Below are positions 28,135 through 37,908 of a stretch of 63,749 nt of DNA, one piece after another; positions within the stretch are counted from its first letter, which is position 1; each line of letters opens with the position of its first letter. Origin of the DNA: a virus (Duplodnaviria > Caudoviricetes); IMG/VR virus record IMGVR_UViG_3300030390_001703, positions 1 through 63,749 of that record; one strand, given 5' to 3'. The translations under genes and the position numbers were made by a program. The notes beneath the pieces are model-generated. The model worked only from the letters and a program-made list of their open reading frames with translations. It ran no database searches and was not told the origin of the DNA.

Positions 28135-28839
28135 TTCGTATAGATCACGCAACGATAGGATGGTTTGAGCCTTCTTTCTGCCTATACCGTCAATCTCCAT
28201 GAGCGAGGCTTGGCTTGTCTTAGATCGTAGGAGCTTGGGAATACTACCGAACTTCTCAAGAATAGCTTCGGCGTGAATAACAGTCAAACCTGGAATGGCA
28301 GCAAGACAAGCGACTCTTGGATCAAGACCAGATGGTATCTTGGCTATGGGTGCTGGCATAGCTAACCTTTGGCCTATGGCTTGAAGATGATGCACCTTAG
28401 CGATATACTCCACAAAGTCGTCCATCGTATTGACTTGCATGAACTGAACCTTTGGAAAGCGGTGATAAAGCTCCTGTTTGAACGACTTAATCACGTTATG
28501 CGCCCTTGCATGAACTTGCCTAACATTCTGTCGAGGCGCACCAGGCCGTTGATATACCTTGATTTGAGTTCCATAAACGACAAGCATAGGGCGTTCAAAC
28601 GCTTCGCACAGGTCGGACAATTGAGCATAGATAGTTCGAGAGCGACCAATGCCGAGGATGCTCTGCCACAGGTCGTTGATTTCCTTAGCCTCGATGCCTA
28701 TGTCACCGATGATGTAGTCTGCTGCTTTGAGTCGTTTGACTTGGGCTTGACCTGCTGGGTTATGCTTACGATCCCCGAATGCAACGAGCATCTTGTTAAT
28801 CACTTTGGGATTCTCTCTGTCGTCAATGACAACAACCAT
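28129..28839 (-). CDS. ERCC4/XPF-family nuclease with (HhH)2
   Basis: IDDRE, ADYII, IEAK motifs; IPGL and IDGIGRKKA HhH motifs. Confidence 0.9.
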   Translation of the reverse strand: MVVVIDDRENPKVINKMLVAFGDRKHNPAGQAQVKRLKAADYIIGDIGIEAKEINDLWQSILGIGRSRTIYAQLSDLCEAFERPMLVVYGTQIKVYQRPGAPRQNVRQVHARAHNVIKSFKQELYHRFPKVQFMQVNTMDDFVEYIAKVHHLQAIGQRLAMPAPIAKIPSGLDPRVACLAAIPGLTVIHAEAILEKFGSIPKLLRSKTSQASLMEIDGIGRKKAQTILSLRDLYES

Positions 28840-28875
28840 GTTACGCCATCGAGATTCGTCACTTTAACCTACGCA

Positions 28876-29682
28876 CTACAACCATTCTGGTTCTTCGCTT
28901 TCAACGAAGCAAAGACATTCCCAACCCGTATCATAAGCAAACTCTTCTCCGCCCTCGATTCTGTTCCTAAATGTCTTGAGAGTCATTGGTTTTGTAGTGC
29001 CTCCCCGCCTATCTCGAAGGATGCTCACGTCTTTACCTATCATTTCTCGGAACTCTTCTTCTTTTTCTTCATGGTGAGCGTAGCGTTCTGGAAGAACTTT
29101 GAGTAGGTGAGCAAACTGACCCAACCCTGCTTTGACACAAAAACCGCCGCAGTTATTGTGCGAGAAGCCAAGATCATACAATTTGGGCCTATCAACACCT
29201 ATTTCTTTGAGAGCTTTGCTAATGTGAGATTTCATAACAATAGGTTCTTCGAGCAAAGGAAACCATGTCTTGTAGGGCAATTGATTCTTCGCTGCTCTCT
29301 TTGTCCTGTTGCAGTCTTCTATTCCATCCATACCTAACACCACTACTGCATCGTCTGGGTTAGGATATTCAGCTTTTAGCTTCCTTGCCAACGGTTGTCG
29401 TTTCAAATGGTGAGAGCATGGATCAAGGCGAGAATTGCCAATTATCTTCCGCCGTGTAAAAATATCCCACACCGTTTCACCGTCGTTGTCAAGCACTTCT
29501 ATTGGGTGTTCAAGGATGCGCTCAACGTCACGATTGAATCGGTATAGGTCTTCATCTTCGGTGTTAGTGTCACTAAACCAAATACGCACGTTGTCGTGAC
29601 CGTGAGCCTCAATTGCCCTGCGAGCTGCTTCGTAAGAGGTTAGACCTCCAGAAAACATAACGATGTAGTCCGTCATAAGCAC
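28876..29682 (-). CDS. PP-loop (PAPS-reductase-like) adenine nucleotide alpha-hydrolase
   Basis: FSGGLTS PP-loop; CSHHLK and HNNCGGFCVKAG Cys motifs. Confidence 0.8.
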   Translation of the reverse strand: MLMTDYIVMFSGGLTSYEAARRAIEAHGHDNVRIWFSDTNTEDEDLYRFNRDVERILEHPIEVLDNDGETVWDIFTRRKIIGNSRLDPCSHHLKRQPLARKLKAEYPNPDDAVVVLGMDGIEDCNRTKRAAKNQLPYKTWFPLLEEPIVMKSHISKALKEIGVDRPKLYDLGFSHNNCGGFCVKAGLGQFAHLLKVLPERYAHHEEKEEEFREMIGKDVSILRDRRGGTTKPMTLKTFRNRIEGGEEFAYDTGWECLCFVESEEPEWL

Positions 29683-29761
29683 TCAACCTGGTTTTGGTGA
29701 GAGGGTGGAATCCATTGATTGTCACTGTCGTTACCAAAATCAAGTTCAAGACATTCTTCTG

Positions 29762-30754
29762 TCATAGGCTCACTGTTCCATCATATCGCCAACATTTACC
29801 TTTGCACATACCTTTGCCTACAAACCAGCGACAAGATTGTGAACCTTCCATATCGACAATTGAGGCGAGGTGCTTCCGACTTATGGACTCTTTGAAGTCC
29901 CTCCAACCAAGAGGTTTGATGAACTCAACGGCTTCATCGACACACTTCTGTTTCTGATCCATCGTTAATGTGCTTGGGTGAGCGAAGTTCTTGAGGTTTT
30001 CAAGCAAATGCTGGCCCAGAGCTACTCGAACATGATGAGTTGGGTTTGAAGTATGAATTGATTCAAGGCAGGGCATAATAGGAATTGTATCAGCTCCCAC
30101 AATATCACCAAACGATGTATTGTATTCGATGTTGATTTGTTCTGGAGGGTTGTTATGTACCCACTTAAGGAGGCTAAAGGTGCTTGTATGCTTGCCAAAG
30201 GGGTCAAGATGGGTCATGGAGAGTTGAGGTCGCTTGGGTATCTCGTAGCCATGCGGATCGGCAGCGAACTTCTTTGCGTCTATGATGACACAGAACCGCT
30301 TACGCTTGGTGTTGATAGTGCCTGGGATTCGACACAGCCTATCCACAGTCCCTATGCAGTCAAGAGTCGGCAAATCCTTAGCCATCTCACGCTCGTAACG
30401 AATGAGTTCTGTCGGCCAACGATCTTCACGAACAGGTTCTTTGAATACCTGGTGAATGTGAAAGCCTCTGCCTGTGGCAACGGCTAAGACTGTGCCTTCA
30501 AGCCTGTTAATGAGGGTCGCTGCGTCTGTTTTGACCTGTGGATCATCCATACCGTCAAAGTCCCACCAGGCTCGGTCAATTATGGCTGATTGGTAGTCGA
30601 AAACCTGCTTGTAGCCATTCCATTTCATTGATCCGAATGCGTATAAGCTGGTGTAGCATGACGTCTTATCCCACATCTTAGTGACATAACGCCTAAAATC
30701 AGCCTGTGTAGGGCATTGACTACGCTTTAGTCCCATCTCACGTGGAAATAGCAT
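29762..30754 (-). CDS. Archaeo-eukaryotic primase, PriS-PriL-like fusion
   Basis: WDFD, TGRGFH, RLCRIPGT catalytic motifs; C-terminal PC...SC...C...C cluster. Confidence 0.85.
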   Translation of the reverse strand: MLFPREMGLKRSQCPTQADFRRYVTKMWDKTSCYTSLYAFGSMKWNGYKQVFDYQSAIIDRAWWDFDGMDDPQVKTDAATLINRLEGTVLAVATGRGFHIHQVFKEPVREDRWPTELIRYEREMAKDLPTLDCIGTVDRLCRIPGTINTKRKRFCVIIDAKKFAADPHGYEIPKRPQLSMTHLDPFGKHTSTFSLLKWVHNNPPEQINIEYNTSFGDIVGADTIPIMPCLESIHTSNPTHHVRVALGQHLLENLKNFAHPSTLTMDQKQKCVDEAVEFIKPLGWRDFKESISRKHLASIVDMEGSQSCRWFVGKGMCKGKCWRYDGTVSL

Positions 30755-30879
30755 CAAACCTCACCTTCATGGCCGCAGACGTGGCATTTATACTCCGCTT
30801 TAGGGAGCTTACCCGCCTCGCCCATGAGGACAAGTCGTTTTGGGTCGGGTAATTCAGCATCACATTCTGGGCAAATCAT
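30754..30879 (-). CDS. Small Zn-ribbon protein (41 aa)
   Basis: Manual translation MICPEC...KCHVCGHEGEV; overlaps both neighbours. Confidence 0.6.
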   Translation of the reverse strand: MICPECDAELPDPKRLVLMGEAGKLPKAEYKCHVCGHEGEV

Positions 30880-31730
30880 TGATCCACCACCGATGGGCCA
30901 CCTGTGAGTTCTGTTTCACAGGACATATGATAATCGCACCATTCGACGCAGAAGTAGTCGTTCCACTTCATCGGCCATTCGTGATCTTTGATGCCCTGCA
31001 CACCTTCTGTGAGGTTCTTTGCCATGCCGTTAAGTGAGCGAGCAGTCACAGGCTCGACAATGATGACTCCCTCGGTGTTGCCGAGGTAAATATCACGCTT
31101 TTGTCGCTTCTGGTTGAGCATTGAGGTTATCATCTTCTCGTCTTGACAATCTGGTGCAATAATGCAGTAGTGAGTGATTTCCTCGGCTGGGAACCGCTTA
31201 GAAAGTGTGAGAACTCGATGATAGAAAGCTAATTCTTTACGATACCTGGACATTTTGGAACTTGTTAGGTTGCCTGTCTTCAGCTCCACTATCATAACGC
31301 CCCCATCTGGGTGTCGGAACAGTCCGTCAATCATGCCGACCAGGGTACAGTCGTTCTCTTCGTCGTATGTCACTATCTTTTCTTCAAGAGAGATAATGTT
31401 GAGAACTCCATGATCGTCACTCATCATTTGTAGCAAGTCGGACAGGTTTTGAACTCCAGAGTCGTGAGCGTACTCTGTCTTTGCTGCTTCTTCTGCAATA
31501 GCAAGTGGGATTGGTCTTGGATCAAAGCTCGGAGTCAAAGCATCTTCCATCACTTGATGAATAGCTGAACCACGAATCATTTGAGGGCTTGCTGGTGTCC
31601 TAATGTCGTAAAGCACACAGTATTGAAACCAGAACTTACGAGGACAACCTAAGTATTGCATAAACGAAGACTTCGATACTCGAAGTGTGCCTTTAGTTCG
31701 TGGATCATACGGAGAGATACCGTCAGTCAT
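30876..31730 (-). CDS. PD-(D/E)xK nuclease (Cas4/RecB-like)
   Basis: SKSS...CPRK, GSAIH, GMID, VELKTG, C-terminal CVEWCDY...C. Confidence 0.88.
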   Translation of the reverse strand: MTDGISPYDPRTKGTLRVSKSSFMQYLGCPRKFWFQYCVLYDIRTPASPQMIRGSAIHQVMEDALTPSFDPRPIPLAIAEEAAKTEYAHDSGVQNLSDLLQMMSDDHGVLNIISLEEKIVTYDEENDCTLVGMIDGLFRHPDGGVMIVELKTGNLTSSKMSRYRKELAFYHRVLTLSKRFPAEEITHYCIIAPDCQDEKMITSMLNQKRQKRDIYLGNTEGVIIVEPVTARSLNGMAKNLTEGVQGIKDHEWPMKWNDYFCVEWCDYHMSCETELTGGPSVVDQ

Positions 31731-31968
31731 CCTTCTTCGCCGCCTTTGTTGGTTTCTTCGCAGGTTTTAGTGGGAGTTCGACTACTTCATCAAACTCGCC
31801 CCAAGCCTTTGCTTCTTTCAACGTTAGGTCAGCGGAGAGGACACGACTCTCAAGACCCTGTGGGTATCGAGGTAGTCCCTTTCCATAGAACCACGCCTTA
31901 GCATCTGGATTTGCTGCAACCCACTCTCGGATGAGAGCCAGGTCGTCGCACAGTACAAGGGTGTTCAT
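31723..31968 (-). CDS. Hypothetical protein
   Basis: Tightly packed in operon. Confidence 0.65.
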   Translation of the reverse strand: MNTLVLCDDLALIREWVAANPDAKAWFYGKGLPRYPQGLESRVLSADLTLKEAKAWGEFDEVVELPLKPAKKPTKAAKKDD

Positions 31969-31969
31969 A

Positions 31970-32209
31970 TTAGTCCGACTCCCCTATTGACTCATCAACC
32001 TTTTCATCTGTGGGTAGTGGGTGATCCACAAACTCAACACCTGTTGATTCGCATAAAGACTTCAAAATGTCATCGTGGCGCATAATGTCGTTTCGGGCAG
32101 AATTAGCTATGAGATTCATAAATTGCTGCATCTCGCCCATAGCAAGCTCAAGGTGTTCAATGCGTTCGGTTAGTTGTGCTACTGTCGGTTTCTTACTTTG
32201 GCGGGCCAT
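31970..32209 (-). CDS. Small coiled-coil protein
   Basis: Heptad pattern; start ~25 nt below a TTATAA box. Confidence 0.7.
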   Translation of the reverse strand: MARQSKKPTVAQLTERIEHLELAMGEMQQFMNLIANSARNDIMRHDDILKSLCESTGVEFVDHPLPTDEKVDESIGESD

Positions 32210-32228
32210 ACCTTGACGAGCAAGCGTT

Positions 32229-32239
32229 CCCTTATAATG
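32229..32239 (-). promoter_or_regulatory. Putative promoter CATTATAAGGG
   Basis: Same core at 44147 and 47112, each just above a start codon. Confidence 0.65.
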
Positions 32240-32243
32240 CTAT

Positions 32244-33764
32244 TTACAAATCAGCAACGAGGACTTCGGTTAAGATAACCATAGATGCAATCGAAACGGC
32301 TGATCGTAGCGAAGATTTCAAGACGCTGGCCGCATCAAGAACACCTTGTTCTCGAAGGTTGCCGAACTGCCTGGTCTTAGCATTGAATCCGTAGTCACCT
32401 ACTTGACCCAATAAGTTGTCGAGAAGACCTTGTGGATCAACACCAGCGTTACTACCAAGCTGAAGAACCGGCGCGTGTAGTGCAGCCACAAGAACTTCTT
32501 GTGCAGCAACGCCAGCACCCTTCATAGGGTACTCATCAATCAATCTCGATACTTTGAGGAAAGTCATACCTCCACCAATCACCACACCTTCTTTGATTGC
32601 TGCTTTCGTGGTATTCAAAGCGTCATCGACACGTGCTTTCGTTTCTTTGAGTTCTGTTGCGCTTGAAGCACCGACTCGAATAACACCAACACCGCCTGTG
32701 AGCTTAGATTTGCGTTCATAAATTGCATCAGCAAGGTTTCGTTCCCCTTCAAGATCGGCTTTGGTGATTTGTTCTGTTAAGATAGCACAACGCTCTGTCA
32801 CGTCACCCTTAGCACCAATTATCCTGGTGTAGTTCTTGCCAACAACAATCTTACCAACAAGGTTAGATTCACCGATAAGAGCCTCAAGGTCTTGCATGAC
32901 CTCATCGAAGTGGAATGCTGGGGCAACAACGCCACACCCTCGAATAACACCTTTCTGGACATTGACGATGAGTGTTTGTAGTGCTTCTCCCTCAATTCCT
33001 TTGGCGATAACAAACAAAGCCTTCTGATCCTTCAAAGCGGCTTCCATAGCAGGGATGAGTTGGTCGTTCTGCGTGATAATGTCGCTGGATAAGTGAACAT
33101 AAGCACTGTCAAGAGAGCATTCAAAGCTACCAGGCTCGGTGATAAAGTAAGGGCTTGCATACCCTACATCAAGCTCCATACCCTCGACAATATCGAATGA
33201 GTGGCTGTTGCTGTGACTTTCTTCGACGGTGATGATCCCTTCGTAGTTCGTCTGTTGTAGCGCATCAGCTATCAAAGCACCGATTTGTGAATCATTGTTG
33301 GCTGCAATAGTCGCAACCTCGAATATCTGTTGTTGCTTCTCTTCTTCGTCGTCACAGTCGATAACCAAGTCATCAATAATGTCACAAGCAACATTCGTAA
33401 GCACATCAAAGGCTATCTTCATGTCGAGAGGGTTGAATCCGTTGTCGAGCAGCGTTAGTCCTTCCCTGCATAGTTCACGTGCGAGAAGTGTTGCTGTCGT
33501 AGTCCCATCGCCGCCGCTATCTTGAGCGTTAGATGCAACTTCTTGGATCAAACGAATACCCATTGTCTTGTATGGGTCGGTTGATTCAATGTCCTTCGTT
33601 ATGGTTACGCCATCATTGATGACCAGGGGAGAACCGTATGGTCGCTCAAGCATGACATACCTTGCTGATGGCCCAAGTGTGCATTTGACTGCATCTGCCA
33701 CCATGTTGATGCCCTGCATGAGCTTGTTTCGTGCTTCTTCTCCTTCAATTGCTTTCTTCGTCAT
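32244..33764 (-). CDS. groEL: Group I chaperonin (GroEL-like)
   Basis: TLGP, NDGVT, GDGTTT, EGMELD.GY.SPYF, ELKE.KARVDDAL, GGG motifs. Confidence 0.95.
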   Translation of the reverse strand: MTKKAIEGEEARNKLMQGINMVADAVKCTLGPSARYVMLERPYGSPLVINDGVTITKDIESTDPYKTMGIRLIQEVASNAQDSGGDGTTTATLLARELCREGLTLLDNGFNPLDMKIAFDVLTNVACDIIDDLVIDCDDEEEKQQQIFEVATIAANNDSQIGALIADALQQTNYEGIITVEESHSNSHSFDIVEGMELDVGYASPYFITEPGSFECSLDSAYVHLSSDIITQNDQLIPAMEAALKDQKALFVIAKGIEGEALQTLIVNVQKGVIRGCGVVAPAFHFDEVMQDLEALIGESNLVGKIVVGKNYTRIIGAKGDVTERCAILTEQITKADLEGERNLADAIYERKSKLTGGVGVIRVGASSATELKETKARVDDALNTTKAAIKEGVVIGGGMTFLKVSRLIDEYPMKGAGVAAQEVLVAALHAPVLQLGSNAGVDPQGLLDNLLGQVGDYGFNAKTRQFGNLREQGVLDAASVLKSSLRSAVSIASMVILTEVLVADL

Positions 33765-34026
33765 AAGTTATCACCGCTATAATTTGTTCCACATCTATGA
33801 TGTACTGCCCTTTAACGGGTGTTTCAACGTGCTTTCCAACATAAATGATAGTATCAAAGTCTGCTAATGCGAAACCAGACTCCACTAAATGATCCGATAT
33901 TGAAACAATCTCTGCTGTAAAGACGGTTTGATCCTGTGTTCTTATCACAATAGCACTGTCACTTTTAGCTAAATCAATCTGGTTAATCACTATGCTCGTT
34001 CCTACGGGTTTAATTCTCATATCCAT
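33745..34026 (-). CDS. groES: Co-chaperonin (GroES-like)
   Basis: IKPVG.SIVI start and EQIIAVI end, ~90 aa, directly upstream of groEL. Confidence 0.75.
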   Translation of the reverse strand: MDMRIKPVGTSIVINQIDLAKSDSAIVIRTQDQTVFTAEIVSISDHLVESGFALADFDTIIYVGKHVETPVKGQYIIDVEQIIAVITYDEESN

Positions 34027-35144
34027 TCCCTCTTGTCTTCAAGGACTTCTTTCTGTATCTGTGATATGCTCTCAATCCTCGAAGGAATTAAAGCTGCGTA
34101 CTCTTCATTGAGTTCGCATAGGATGGCCTTACGACCATGTTTGATAGCAACGCCAGCAGTAGTTCCAGAGCCTCCGAACGGATCAAGAACAGTACCCCCA
34201 TGAGGGCATCCAGCAAGGATGCAGGGTTCGATTAAGTCTGGTGGGAATACTGCGAAGTGTGCGCCCTTGTACGGCTTGGGGTTCACAGTCCATACGCTGC
34301 GCTTGTTACGTCCTTTGGGATTAACGAATCGCTTACCCATCTTGGCGGTATGAATACCCTCTCCATGAAACCCTGTGCTTGGGTGGTCGCTATCCCAAGA
34401 GTTCTGCGCTCTCTTTAGCGATTCTTCTTTGACGGGTTCTTTGATTGCCTCATGATCGTAAAAATACTTCTCTTGCTTAGTGAGTAGGAATATGTATTCA
34501 TGGTTCTTGGTGCATCGGTCTTTCACAGGTTCGGGCATACAGTTTGGTTTAGCCCAAATTATGTCTTGTCGGAGATACCAACCAGCTTCTTGTAGTGCAA
34601 ATGCTACTCTCCAGGGAACGCCCATGAGGTCTTTACGCTTGAGTGTCGGCTCTTTACGGCCTGGATATTTAGGCTGTCCTTCTTTCAAACCACCTTTAGC
34701 GTAGTCGCCACCTGCCCCGCCTGATCCATTATACGAATCACCGAGGTTCAGCCATAGTGTACCGTGAGGCTTGAGTATTCGACGGACTTCTTCAAAGACC
34801 ATCACCATGTTATCTATGTAGCCACCTAACGTAGCCTCAAGCCCTAATTGATTATCGACTCGTTTAGCTCCACACTTACCACATATACCCTTAAACGGTT
34901 CTCGGAGTTCGCCTTGCTTGTCCGAATTAAGAGGTGCTTTTCCTGTGTATCTCTCATTAAACCCAACTTGCATTTTAACAGGCTTACCTAAATGATCGCA
35001 ATTCTTATCGCCACCACTCCATGTGGCTGTTCCATAATCTCGAAGTCCATAGTAAGGGGGGCTGGTGACGCACATATCCACCGATTCAGCGGGTAACTTC
35101 TTCATTGATTCTATACAATCACCAAGCAATACTTCGTATGACAT
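34017..35144 (-). CDS. Beta-class amino DNA methyltransferase (SPPY; likely N4-cytosine)
   Basis: TSPPY precedes DPFGGSGTT; Cys/His insert CDH...CGKC. Confidence 0.9.
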   Translation of the reverse strand: MSYEVLLGDCIESMKKLPAESVDMCVTSPPYYGLRDYGTATWSGGDKNCDHLGKPVKMQVGFNERYTGKAPLNSDKQGELREPFKGICGKCGAKRVDNQLGLEATLGGYIDNMVMVFEEVRRILKPHGTLWLNLGDSYNGSGGAGGDYAKGGLKEGQPKYPGRKEPTLKRKDLMGVPWRVAFALQEAGWYLRQDIIWAKPNCMPEPVKDRCTKNHEYIFLLTKQEKYFYDHEAIKEPVKEESLKRAQNSWDSDHPSTGFHGEGIHTAKMGKRFVNPKGRNKRSVWTVNPKPYKGAHFAVFPPDLIEPCILAGCPHGGTVLDPFGGSGTTAGVAIKHGRKAILCELNEEYAALIPSRIESISQIQKEVLEDKREWI

Positions 35145-35145
35145 T

Positions 35146-36744
35146 CTATAACCATCCTAATTCTTCTTGTTGTGGAGCTTCAGTTCGTGGAATACGATTG
35201 ACAAGCTCGATACCTTCACCGATCCAGCGCATGACAGGAACGGCCATCGAGTTGCCCATAGCCTTGAATCGTGGCCCATCTGGACAACGCTCAACAGGCT
35301 TATTCTTCCAGGGTATTCGAGTCCAACCATCGGGGAATCCTTGAAGTCTTTCACATTCGACAGGAGTTAGTCTGCGTACTGCAAGAGCAGTCGTTACTGC
35401 GGTTTGTATCTTGGTTTCGTTGTGACCTACCCAAGTGTTCAGCGTGGGTTGTGTTGATGTTTCTTCCCATCGTGTGTCATCTTGTGCCGAAGCTGGATTC
35501 TTGGCTTGGTGGAAGGGTATTTGGGTGACTGCTGGTGAAGTAGGAACAGCTCCGTTCACCTTGAGAGTCGGTGATACATTGTCGTAAAGGCCGTAGTTCT
35601 GTCCGAATGTGTGATCGAAGCAAACATTCTCACCATCGACAGGTTGGACAGCAAGTGCGGTGAAGTCGGTGACTCTGCTTTGGTGATCCCCAACGATTGT
35701 GTTTGTCACATCACCTTCTCCGTTTCCTCTCGCATCGAATGTCATAACTGCTGGTGCGCCATGACCTTGAGCAGTTCGCAGAGGAACATGAACGTCACCT
35801 GTTTCTTCCTGGTTGAATAGGTCAACACCAATAGGTATCATGTTGCCATTGTCAATCTTACCGCCTGGAGGTGTGTCGGCCCCTTTAGCCCACTTAGCAG
35901 TGACCGTTGGTGCTACTTCATCGGGGTGTTGAGTTGGGATCAAGAAACCAGACTGTGCGGCCTGTGTGCTTAACTTAGTGTTGAGTTCTGTGTCGAGTGT
36001 TCCTACTACTTCGGGAACGACTACGCCGTGAAACCTGCCTTTGTCGGGCATTCGGTCATCGTCACCTTTGGCGGTCAAGGTGTTGGTTATTCCTCTTCCG
36101 TTCCAATACTCGCCACGCGCCTTAACGCTTGATCCAGAGTTGGTGGTAGCTTCTTGCCTCTTCTTTCGGCTCGGCGGATTATTCCCCGACAAGCTCTCTG
36201 GCTCAAATAAAACCGCTGCGGCACGTCGCCAATCTCCATCAATATGTCCGACAACAAACACCCTTCTGCGTCTTTGTGGAACTCCGAAGTGTTGAGCGTC
36301 AAGAACCCTGTAAGCGCACCCATACCCGATGTTCTCCACTTCACGCAAGAAGGCTGCAAAGTCCCGTCCGTCGTCCGATGACAGGAGGCCAGGGACATTC
36401 TCGAAGATGAACCATGTGGGTTTAATGTCGTCAATAATTCGTAGGTAGTGGAGGGCAAGGTTGCCACGCGGATCATCCAATCCAAGTCGTTTTCCTGCAA
36501 CCGAGAATGATTGACAGGGTGAGCCGCCAACAATAAGTTCGATTTGTCCTTTGTATTGTTTCCATTCATGTTTCGTCACATCTCCTACATTTGGTACATG
36601 GGGGAACTGATGCTTGAGAACTGCGCTTGGGAAAGCGTCGAACTCTGCAAACACCTTTGGAATCCAATTATCCATGTGATGCCATGCAACAGAACAGGCT
36701 TCAACCCCAGAAAAGAGGCTAATATACCGCATCTGTTCGCCCAT
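35146..36744 (-). CDS. C5-cytosine DNA methyltransferase with very long variable region
   Basis: LFSG, GSPCQSFS, ENVPG, PQRRRR, RRLTPVECERLQGFP, GNS motifs. Confidence 0.95.
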   Translation of the reverse strand: MGEQMRYISLFSGVEACSVAWHHMDNWIPKVFAEFDAFPSAVLKHQFPHVPNVGDVTKHEWKQYKGQIELIVGGSPCQSFSVAGKRLGLDDPRGNLALHYLRIIDDIKPTWFIFENVPGLLSSDDGRDFAAFLREVENIGYGCAYRVLDAQHFGVPQRRRRVFVVGHIDGDWRRAAAVLFEPESLSGNNPPSRKKRQEATTNSGSSVKARGEYWNGRGITNTLTAKGDDDRMPDKGRFHGVVVPEVVGTLDTELNTKLSTQAAQSGFLIPTQHPDEVAPTVTAKWAKGADTPPGGKIDNGNMIPIGVDLFNQEETGDVHVPLRTAQGHGAPAVMTFDARGNGEGDVTNTIVGDHQSRVTDFTALAVQPVDGENVCFDHTFGQNYGLYDNVSPTLKVNGAVPTSPAVTQIPFHQAKNPASAQDDTRWEETSTQPTLNTWVGHNETKIQTAVTTALAVRRLTPVECERLQGFPDGWTRIPWKNKPVERCPDGPRFKAMGNSMAVPVMRWIGEGIELVNRIPRTEAPQQEELGWL

Positions 36745-36786
36745 GCTCTCACCCAATCAAACCACCCATATAAACAGTCTTACAAA

Positions 36787-37908
36787 TCAAAGCCATTCAG
36801 CTTTAGGTTTGTCTATGATCTTAATCTCTCCATCATCAAACGACAAATCAGCATTCGACCAATGGGCTATTCGAGTAGCGGCGAGCTCAATGTATTCTGG
36901 TGTCATCTCAATTCCAATGAACTTGAAACCAAGACGTGATGCAGCAATACCTGTGGTTCCAGAACCCATGAATGGATCAAGAACAGTTCCTTCTGGTTGA
37001 GTGACAAGTCGGCATAGATACTCCATGAGAGCAATTGGTTTCACTGTCGGATGAAAGTTATTCTTCTCGTTGCTTCGCTCGTTGCCCGAACCTGTAAGCA
37101 TCTTGCCTCCATCAAGGGAGCTTTGGTTTCGCCCCATATCTTGAGGTTCAATCTCTTCGCATCCCGCATCTCTTTCAGCTTTACTGGCTTTAGCACAGTA
37201 AAAAAATCGGGAGGCTGAACCTTCATCACCGAATGTGTTGAGCGTTCTGTTAGCATAGTTCTTACCAGACATTGATTGACTTTGTGATTCTCTGGTTACA
37301 TGATGAGGCTTACCTTCACCACTCTTAGTATGCGGGAATCTTTCAAGAACTTCTTCTGACCCATCATGTATGATGTTAGCAGGGAAACGACCTTCTGGTT
37401 GCTTATATTCGTCGGTGCTGATACGGCAACCATCAATGTTCAAGCCGCCTGTGCCATGCTCAAGCACATTCTCAACGATAGTGCCGATGAGGGGCTTACG
37501 GGCGACCACGATAGGCTCATGTGCAGGTTTCAGTTGAGTTCCCCAACCATCCCATTGTTGGGCTTTGATAGGTTCAACACCTGCGGCCTTGTCTATTGCC
37601 TTGCTGACATTGTGTGATTTTGGGAAGCCAGAACCATAGAGCCACATGATTTGGTCACGGATTTCAAACCCTGCGTCCTCAATGTTCACCGCCATACGAT
37701 GATAGGTACGAGAGCCAGCGAATGCAAGCAGGTGTCCTCCTGGTTTGAGGACTCTCAAAGCCTCACGCCAAATAGCTACTGAAGGCACATCGTAGTCCCA
37801 CTTCTTACCCATGAATGCAAGTCCATACGGAGGATCAGTGACAATCGAATCAACCGAGTCAGCGGGTAACTTCTTCATTTCACCTAAGCAATTTCCTTCT
37901 AATATCAT
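36787..37908 (-). CDS. Beta-class amino DNA methyltransferase (DPPY; likely N6-adenine)
   Basis: TDPPY, HPTVKP, DPFMGSGTT; start MILEG at 37908. Confidence 0.92.
   Translation of the reverse strand: MILEGNCLGEMKKLPADSVDSIVTDPPYGLAFMGKKWDYDVPSVAIWREALRVLKPGGHLLAFAGSRTYHRMAVNIEDAGFEIRDQIMWLYGSGFPKSHNVSKAIDKAAGVEPIKAQQWDGWGTQLKPAHEPIVVARKPLIGTIVENVLEHGTGGLNIDGCRISTDEYKQPEGRFPANIIHDGSEEVLERFPHTKSGEGKPHHVTRESQSQSMSGKNYANRTLNTFGDEGSASRFFYCAKASKAERDAGCEEIEPQDMGRNQSSLDGGKMLTGSGNERSNEKNNFHPTVKPIALMEYLCRLVTQPEGTVLDPFMGSGTTGIAASRLGFKFIGIEMTPEYIELAATRIAHWSNADLSFDDGEIKIIDKPKAEWL

Noticed and set aside
28369-29106. 245-aa + strand ORF and similar ones (39621-40241, 43146-43880)
   Set aside because: Antisense to well-supported genes, no RBS or motifs.
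28876-29682. PAPS reductase as a sulfur-assimilation auxiliary gene
   Set aside because: Only PP-loop similarity; context and the shared C-terminal tag favour a DNA-related role.
30876-31730. Cas4 as evidence of a CRISPR-Cas system
   Set aside because: No cas1/cas2 or array; stand-alone PD-(D/E)xK nucleases are common in viral replication modules.
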